Below, one piece after another: positions 55,435-64,000 of a stretch of 64,000 bases of DNA. The notes under the pieces are model-generated. The model saw only the letters and a list, made by a program, of their open reading frames with translations. It did no database searches and was not told the origin of the DNA. The DNA is from Octopus vulgaris (Eukaryota), in contig OX597821.1 in NCBI GenBank assembly GCA_951406725.2, positions 74,400,001 through 74,464,000 on the forward strand. Reading direction: 5' to 3'. A program made the position numbers and the translations under genes. The number at the start of each line of letters is the position of its first letter. Within the stretch, counting starts at the first letter, position 1.

Positions 55435-55779
55435 GACTGTCTGTCTGTCTGCCTATGAATTTATGATTGTGTGTCTATATGTATGTATGTAACTAGCTAT
55501 CTGTCTGCCTCTTTGCCTGTCTATGTGTAGGTCTACAAACATATAAATATATATACATGTGTGTGTTTATGTATGGGTGTGTGTTTGTGTATTCCCTCTG
55601 ACACACTTCTCTTGTCATCTACCCCTGCCTCTCTCTCCTTTCTTATTCTCACACCCGTCTATATATCTACCTCGTAATCTTTTTCTAAACACCCGTTTAA
55701 CAACTTCTGCGACGCAGTGTCTTTCTGTGTGTGTGTGTGTGTGTGTATTTATACTCACCTATATATACCACACACACAG

Positions 55780-55833
<54 letters not shown>

Positions 55834-56401
55834 GCACACACACCTATTCTCCTGTACGAGTTGCTTGTTTGTTGTTTGTTCTAGTTTCTTCCACATATCT
55901 GACATGATTAAAAGCTGTCTTCGTACCCCGACCCGTCTTCAATATCAACACCAACTGCAGACTAAAACAGGGTACAAACAACATCAATACAGACCACCGC
56001 CTTCGCCCCCTTCTCACTCCCTTTCTTCGCTTCTTAATTCCATCTTTTTTCTAGTTCAAATGACACCCAGAATCTCTCTCTCAACTTCTCCAGCCTCAAA
56101 TCGCTCGCCGCACGCACGCACGCACGCACACCAGCCAACCGGCCAACCAGCCTTTTCCCCGTCCTAACTCTTCCTTAGAACACCCCTAACTCTAACCCCC
56201 CTCCCACCACCCTTTCACAAATTCCACCCCATCCCCTCTGTAACCGCTTCTTCTTTCTTCCTTCTCTCTCTCGCTCTCTGTCTCTCTGTCTCTCTGTCTC
56301 TCTCTCTCTGTCTCTCTCTCTCACTCGTTCTCTACTCTCTCAACTTTCTCTGTTTCTGCCTTTTATTTCTCTGTTGCATTCTCTATAAAACTATTGCTGT
56401 G

Positions 56402-56590
56402 ACCACCACCACCACCACCACCACCACCACCGCCGCCACCACCACCACCACCACCACCACCACCACCGCCGCCACCACCACCACCACCACCACAACCACC
56501 ACCACCACCACCACCACCACCACCACCACCACCACCACCACCACCACCACCGCCGCCACCACCACCATCACCACCACCACCACTACCACC
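56402..56590. repeat. (CCA)n trinucleotide tract
   Basis: Direct; a similar tract lies at 43693-43780. Confidence 0.95.
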
Positions 56591-56695
56591 ACTGTCTCTG
56601 TTACTGTGTTTCTATTTACAACTCCCACCTATTACGGGTTTTTTTCTAAATTTCCTCTCCCTCGTTTTCCTATACTATACACACACATTTATTCG

Positions 56696-56748
<53 letters not shown>

Positions 56749-56775
56749 CACAGATATAGATATATGTATGTGTGT

Positions 56776-56813
<38 letters not shown>

Positions 56814-57389
56814 CACACATAATAGACCCATGTGAATGTGTGTGTGTGTCTGTATTTGTCCATTCTACCGTTAGTTAGATCTTCTCAAACACATTTCCCT
56901 CCTCCTCCTCCTTCTCCTTCTCCTTCCTACCATTTCCCTCCTCTCCCCTCTCCCCCTCTCTCTCTCATATTCTCATTATATTCTCCTTTCTTCACACTTT
57001 CACCCTCTTTCCCCCTCGCTTTACATCGGCCACTAACCCTCTCCCTCTGCCTCCCCCTCGCCTTCTTTTCCCCTCCCACTTTTTCATAACTATTCTTTTT
57101 ATTTTTGATTCACACACGTTCCCCTCTCTCTCTCTCTCTCATCTCTCTCTCTCCCTCTCTGTATACTTCATCTCTCTCTCTCATTACTCTTACCCTTTCT
57201 CTTTTTCTCTCTATTACACACACTCATATTTATCGCTTTCTCTCTCTCTCCCTCCAATTTATCGCTCTCCATTTCTCTTTGTTTTACACCCTCCAACGGT
57301 ATCTCTTTCTCTTTCGCCGACCCTCTCTCCTCTCTCTCTCTCTCACTCTGTTTTTGTTTGTCTGAAACCTTCAAATCTCTGTCTGTCTC

Positions 57390-57445
<56 letters not shown>

Positions 57446-57479
57446 CTCTTTCCCTCACGCTACTCCTCTCTCTCGTCTG

Positions 57480-57712
57480 GGCTGGCCAATGAGAAAGAGC
57501 GAGTAGCGAATCGTGATAATTTAATGTTTACTACACGTCAATCACCCGCCGAGCCGACCAATAGAAAGCCTCGCTGCTTCATGACGAGTTGTCGGACGGA
57601 GAAAGATATGTGTGACGCTCAGGAGAATCTCTTTCACACTACTCTACAGAGCACTTAACCGTAGCAGCCTGCTTTTTGCAAGTCAGATTGAGGAAACGGA
57701 GCTCTACAAACC
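57480..57712 (+). promoter_or_regulatory. Putative proximal promoter / 5' UTR of the POU3 gene
   Basis: Unique CpG-rich sequence with CCAAT boxes at 57486-57490 and 57558-57562 and GTCAATCA at 57537-57544. No clear TATA box; strong start context ACCATGG. Confidence 0.6.
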
Positions 57713-59044
57713 ATGGCCGCATCAGCCACGAGTTTGTATTTGGCATCGGCGACTCCATCATCTCTAGCTTCGGTCCAAGTGGATCCGTCAACGGGCATGC
57801 AGGGACACGTTACCCAACCCACGCAGTATCATCACCGTGATTTACCTGATATGAAATACATGACAACCCAACAACAGAATGGTCATCACCTCACTCATCA
57901 TCCGAATCCATGGATCGGTATATCTCACACGGATAATAACCACTGGTCTAACATGATCCATCAACAGGACATGAAGGGACAAGCTCTGGAAACCCATCCG
58001 AATGCTCAACACACTCGCGTTAATCAACAGATGCAATCGCCATACGCCTGGCATTCGCCTGTTTCTTCGCATCTAAACATGACAAACGGAGCCAGTCAAC
58101 TACAACACCACGGCTATGGTATTCACATGAATGGCATGCTATCCCCCGGGCAACAATTACATCCATCATTACTTAGAGAACCTGACCCTGAGGTTGACCA
58201 TCACGAACCGTCCGATGAAGATGCACCAACTTCGGACGACTTGGAGCAGTTTGCTAAGCAGTTTAAGCAGAGACGTATCAAACTGGGTTTTACGCAAGCC
58301 GATGTCGGACTAGCGCTCGGTACACTTTACGGTAACGTTTTCAGCCAGACAACCATTTGTCGCTTCGAAGCGCTGCAATTGAGTTTTAAAAATATGTGTA
58401 AATTAAAACCTCTACTACAGAAATGGCTGGAGGAGGCTGATTCTACTTCCGGTTCTCCTACCAGTATTGACAAAATAGCTGCTCAAGGAAGGAAACGTAA
58501 GAAGAGAACGAGTATCGAAGTGACAGTGAAGGGCGCGTTGGAAAACCACTTCATAAAACAGCCCAAACCGTCCGCCCAGGAGATATCGGGGCTCGCTGAC
58601 CAGCTGCAATTAGAAAAAGAAGTTGTACGTGTTTGGTTTTGTAACCGACGACAGAAAGAAAAACGCATGACTCCTCCAGGAACTATCGGTCCGAATGGTG
58701 AATTTCTTCAGAATTCGGAAAATTCTCTGCAGGGGGGAGGAAGTCCGATGCGCTCGAACAGCGGTGGCGGATCGCCACTGATCCCTACCTCCATACCATC
58801 ACATTCGTTATCCCAATCAATTGTAGGTCACACGATGTCGCAAGCACATACGCCAGTCTCCTATCCGCACGGAGGGGGTAGCCCGTTACAATCCACGAAC
58901 GGGGCCAACAATGGCTCTCCACTTATAACAACTGCCATCAATTCCCATTCAATATCGCAGTCCCTTGCGCAGACACTAGCGCAGCAGCACAATCCGAACC
59001 ACCACCATCAGCATTCTATAAAACAGCACTCGCCAAATCACTGA
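57713..59044 (+). CDS. POU3: Class III POU homeobox transcription factor (Brn1/2/4, vvl/drifter orthologue), single exon, 443 aa
   Basis: POU-specific domain [30 protein letters not shown] (~58220-58441), class III linker [15 protein letters not shown], and homeodomain [27 protein letters not shown] (~58487-58669). Uninterrupted ORF, as is usual for POU3 genes. Confidence 0.97.
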   Translation: MAASATSLYLASATPSSLASVQVDPSTGMQGHVTQPTQYHHRDLPDMKYMTTQQQNGHHLTHHPNPWIGISHTDNNHWSNMIHQQDMKGQALETHPNAQHTRVNQQMQSPYAWHSPVSSHLNMTNGASQLQHHGYGIHMNGMLSPGQQLHPSLLREPDPEVDHHEPSDEDAPTSDDLEQFAKQFKQRRIKLGFTQADVGLALGTLYGNVFSQTTICRFEALQLSFKNMCKLKPLLQKWLEEADSTSGSPTSIDKIAAQGRKRKKRTSIEVTVKGALENHFIKQPKPSAQEISGLADQLQLEKEVVRVWFCNRRQKEKRMTPPGTIGPNGEFLQNSENSLQGGGSPMRSNSGGGSPLIPTSIPSHSLSQSIVGHTMSQAHTPVSYPHGGGSPLQSTNGANNGSPLITTAINSHSISQSLAQTLAQQHNPNHHHQHSIKQHSPNH

Positions 59045-59119
59045 CTTTGGCGGGACCTACCCGGATTTATTTGAAGCGTATCCCAATTAAGATTACAGAT
59101 TGTTGAAAGAAAAAATAAT

Positions 59120-59207
<88 letters not shown>

Positions 59208-59486
59208 CATATATATACACATATATATATATGAATATATATATATGTTAATTGCAAAGGAGAGAGAGAGAAAAAGGGAAAAAGTTGTTATGTAAGAAGA
59301 GACGTATTCAAAGGAGCGAAAACAGTGGAAAAAAGAAAGAAACGAAAGGATCAGTCTCAAGGAGAAATAGGAGAGAACGACAGAGAGAACGAGAGAGAGA
59401 ACGAGAGAGGGAGAGAGAGTGTGTGAAAGAAAGAAAGAACGAAAGAGAAAAAGAACGAGAGAGATAGAATGTGAGTGAGAGGATGG

Positions 59487-59517
<31 letters not shown>

Positions 59518-59894
59518 AGAAAAGAAAAAGGGGTCGAAGAAAGGAGAAAAAGACGAAGAAGAAAAAAAACACGACGATGAGAAATGATGCGAGAAAGGAA
59601 TGAAGAAAGTCAACAAGAATTTCTCAGACTTGAAAAAGAGAGAAAAAAAAGAGAAAGAGAAAGAAACGAAAAGAAAAGAACAAATATCCTGGATTTAAGC
59701 AAAAACACAACAAAACAAAAACACACAGAATGAAAATAACTATTGAACGAGTGAGAGATTCTTTCATTTTTTAAATCTTTCTTTTTGTTTGTTTCCTTAA
59801 TTTTTTCTTTCTCCAAGCGCAGGTATTTAATTGTTGTTTGTTATTGTTGTGATTATTGCTAAGGTTATTAAGACTATTGAGGTTATCTTTTCAC

Positions 59895-59939
59895 CATCAT
59901 CGTCATTATCATCATCATCATCAACATCATCATCATCAT

Positions 59940-59984
<45 letters not shown>

Positions 59985-60092
59985 TATCATCATCATCATT
60001 ATCGCGTATCAATGATTATTAATTTGACCATTAACTACGCAATCGTCTACTTCTTTATGTTTTGCTTATTATTATCATTATTATTATTATTA

Positions 60093-60142
<50 letters not shown>

Positions 60143-60205
60143 GTTGTGGTTGTTGTTGTTGTTGTTATTGTTGTTGCTGTTGTTTTTATAATCATCATCA
60201 TCATA
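59895..60205. repeat. (CAT)n and (TAT)/(TGT)n tracts in the probable 3' UTR or downstream region
   Basis: Direct. Confidence 0.9.
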
Positions 60206-60437
60206 GTGAGCGTCATAAAGCATTTTTGATAATATCACTTTTATTTATTCAATGTACACCCACACAATTCATTCGTGTATATCAGTGTATGTATATGTGT
60301 GTGTGTATATGTGTGTGTCTATATGTATGTATGTATATAATATATATATATATATATATGTATACATTCATATATGTATGTATGTACATATGTATGTATG
60401 TATGCATGTATGTATACGTATAATATATATGTATGTC

Positions 60438-60483
<46 letters not shown>

Positions 60484-60668
60484 GACACACACACACACAC
60501 ATATACAGGTGCACGTTTATATATCTATTTATTGTATTGTTTGCTTATGCATCCAACGTATGTTTCGAGCAGGTTCTCTAGCGATATATAATTAAATGTA
60601 ACGCCTTGGGGCATAAAACCAGTCCATGTAAAAATGTATTTTAAATGTGGCACTTTGTATATACACGC

Positions 60669-60699
<31 letters not shown>

Positions 60700-60890
60700 C
60701 ATACATACATACATACATACACAAATACAGACAGATATTACATAGAGATACAGAAGCACACACACACACATGTAAAGATGTGTGTGTGTATATGCGTAAG
60801 TCTGTATGCATGTATGTGCATATGAATTTCGGTATAGAGATCTCTAGGTAATTGAAACGACCTCCATAAACAGGAATTATTTTTGTAAAC

Positions 60891-60965
<75 letters not shown>

Positions 60966-61586
60966 TGAAGAAAAAATATGATTAATAATTATTTCTACAT
61001 TGACGACAAGTGGGGAAACTGAAAGTGAGACACTGAATTTGCTAGAAATAGTAGCCAAACATCCGTTTTCTACACAACCGTCTTAAAAGAAGGCAATGAT
61101 ACTTCATGTAAAGTAGTCCTATTACATATATGCTTTAAAATGCCGTGGGTGGTCATAAATGGAATGACTTTGATTATAGGGGCTGACACAGGAACAGACG
61201 CTATACGATTTTGCTGGAATGTTTTTAGGGTAAAGGGTAAAAACAAACATAAATATAAAAAAAAAAAAAAATTATATGTAATTCTTTTTAAAATTGATAT
61301 TTAGGCTTGAAATGATGGCTGATTGTGCATAGCGCCGCACTAGATATTCTAACGTGTGTTAAATACTGTGTGTGTGTGTGTGTGTGTGTATGAGACGACC
61401 CTCAGGAGTGTCCCAGCACGGGTTGACTTGCAAACGCTTTCAGTCTTCTCTCCTTCCATTTCCACCTTGGGGTGGGGGGTCTCCCATAAACCCCACATTG
61501 AACAAGCCAAGAAACTTAATAGAAAGGTAAAATAATTAATAACGGATGCGAATTCAAATCGAAATCTTACATAAAAAAAAAAAAAA

Positions 61587-61618
<32 letters not shown>

Positions 61619-61619
61619 C

Positions 61620-61633
61620 AATAAAACAATAAA
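61620..61633 (+). terminator. Candidate tandem polyadenylation signals for POU3
   Basis: AATAAA at 61620-61625 and 61628-61633, with T-rich sequence downstream. An alternative ATTAAA is at 60591-60596. Confidence 0.25.
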
Positions 61634-61950
61634 TTTCTTTATTAATCTCAACGGCAACGAAACTGATATCACAACCTTATTTTTGGGGCTTTTATGTTAG
61701 AAAAATGACAAAGTGAAGAGAACAACACCCGCACGCACACACACATACACACACACAGATATATATACACGCACACACACTCGAATAAGGTACATAAAAT
61801 TATAGATGTAACATATACACACACATTTGCGTGTGTCTAAGTAGTTGTTATGTATATAGCTATGCATGAATGTGTGTGTGTGTGTGTATAAGTATGTATA
61901 TAGGAGTGTATATAGTTATGTGTCCCAAAACTGGAACAGTACATAAGAGC

Positions 61951-62006
<56 letters not shown>

Positions 62007-62301
62007 TAATAACAATAATGATCGAAGCAGTTAAGAAGAAGCATATATATATATTTCTTTGATTAGTTGAGACCTTGATCACGATTAATTACTGGTACAG
62101 CTGGAGAGTAATCAAACACACACACTCACACACTCACACATACACTCGAGTACACAGACACACAGACACACACGCACACACACACACAAACTCACATGAA
62201 GAAAAATTGAAATGCAATTGGAAATAAATACAATAGTTTCGTAGCTTATCAAAACAGCTCTACAAATATAAGTATTTCACACACGCACACACACTAAGAT
62301 G

Positions 62302-62341
<40 letters not shown>

Positions 62342-62763
62342 CAAAATTAGTGTACATTTAAACTTACAGTACACTAATTTTATATGAATTTTATATGAAT
62401 AATATAGTCTATTGTCTATTTTCTGCGTGCTAGGCCACTGGTAGAAAATTTTTTATAATTTTCCTACACTGTATAATTTTCCTATATATATAAATTTTTT
62501 TTCATGCATACCTACATACATAAACGTGTGTGTTGTGTATGTATGCAAATATGTAAAGTAGTGAAATTTCCTCTCAGCCCTGGCATGTATGAGCCCAATG
62601 GTCAAATTGTTATCAACTGTATGTTAGACCAAAATCTTCGCATGTTGCGAATGTGTTGTCATGTTTATAACTAGAAAACTGAATCGGTTATTATATATTT
62701 GGTCATTATATAGTTGGAAATATTTAAATATATTTAAATACTGACAAACTCTGTCTCTCTGTC

Positions 62764-62827
<64 letters not shown>

Positions 62828-63012
62828 TCACTCACACACCCGCGTGAGTTTATGAATCTTGTATTTTGCGTTAATTACAAAGTAATACATGTAAACAAGA
62901 TGAAAAGATCTCTGGGTAATTAATGTATTAATTATATGTTAGGCAATATCTATGATAATGGTGTTGGATCAGAAAACTCAGGTTCACCCACAAATGTAAA
63001 CGGCAATTAGAG

Positions 63013-63274
63013 CAGTATTTCTCAGCCCTTTTTATCGTATGACCCCTTCGATTACTATTTCATTGGGTGGACCTCAAAACTATTCCAAATTTTAAAATTC
63101 CTATATTTTTATAGTTATATATTATTAGAAACTGTATTTAAAAAATTGTCAAATTTTTGTTGTAGAAGAATAAATTATTTGTTGCGGATAAATTTTAACA
63201 AGAAAATCTTATGTGAAGGGCCACACGCATCCCGCTCTCACAAGGGCCATACGAACCCCAGTTGAGAATCACTG
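63013..63274. mobile_element. hAT/Charlie-like MITE
   Basis: TIRs CAGTATTTCTCAGC / GTTGAGAATCACTG; 8-bp flanks AATTAGAG / GATTAGAC (6/8 match). Confidence 0.75.
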
Positions 63275-63357
63275 GATTAGACGAAACACCAGGCGTACAC
63301 ACTCATATGTAGATATGCACTCATGAACATCTACAGACACGTACACACAAGCGCACA

Positions 63358-63410
<53 letters not shown>

Positions 63411-63429
63411 ATAATACATACATACACAC

Positions 63430-63468
<39 letters not shown>

Positions 63469-63555
63469 TGCACACAAAGTGAGTCTCTGATGGAATTCGG
63501 AGGAACAATGGAAGAATTACCAGTGTTAGAAGGTTTATCTTTTAACTTGTGGTAA

Positions 63556-63885
63556 TCATTGGGCTGCGGCCATGCTGGGGCACCACCTTGAAGGCTTATA
63601 GTCGAATAAATAGTCCCCAGGATCTACTCTGGTACTTATTCTATAAGTCTTATTTGCCGAAGCGATATTCCCAGTGACGTAAACAAACCTACATCGGGTA
63701 TGAAACTGTGACAGGGGCAAACACGAAGAACACAGATACATGAAAGTATTTACATATACACATATATACACACAAATATAATTACATATGTGTGTGTGTG
63801 TGTGAATACACACATTCACTCATACGGGTGTCAACGTAATTTTCATCTACCAAATTCTCTCACAAGATATTGGTCGGCCCGAGAC
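63556..63885 (-). mobile_element. SINE family B, degenerate
   Basis: CTGCGGCCATGCTGGGGCACCACC..GTACTTATTCTAT..GGTCGGCCCGAG. Confidence 0.7.
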
Positions 63886-64000
63886 CAAAGGGTATCTACC
63901 TATTTTGCTATACGTACGTACATATTTACATACACATACATACACACATACATATACACATACATACATACATACATACATACATACATACATACATACA

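Noticed and set aside
57842-58668. Short antisense and alternate-frame ORFs inside POU3
   Set aside because: Shadow ORFs of the real CDS with no independent evidence.

Overview
Eukaryotic, extremely microsatellite-rich genomic DNA. The repeat families and protein suggest a coleoid cephalopod, probably an octopus; this is an inference. The only host gene I can support is one intronless class III POU homeobox gene (POU3/Brn1-2-4/vvl type) at 57713-59044 (+). It has a CCAAT-box promoter and about 57 kb of upstream gene desert. The desert contains (TA)n/(CA)n/(TACA)n/(TCTA)n/(AAT)n/(GAA)n tracts, at least four tRNA-headed SINE families, and LINE remnants (RTE, CR1-like, R4/Dong-like RLE, Penelope-like). 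It also holds a Tc1/mariner relic and several MITEs. Almost all ORFs in the track are microsatellite translations. The most notable observation is a dense set of minimal type-I hammerhead-ribozyme motifs from several unrelated Penelope-like terminal-repeat families. One carries a compensatory U3:A8 core and sits in a perfect 212-bp palindrome. Other points are microsatellite-specific insertion patterns, a pre-miRNA/MITE-like hairpin, a UUCG-capped fold, and an internal duplication in the POU3 C-terminal tail. Repeat boundaries were read by eye and are approximate. Family names were not checked against any database.
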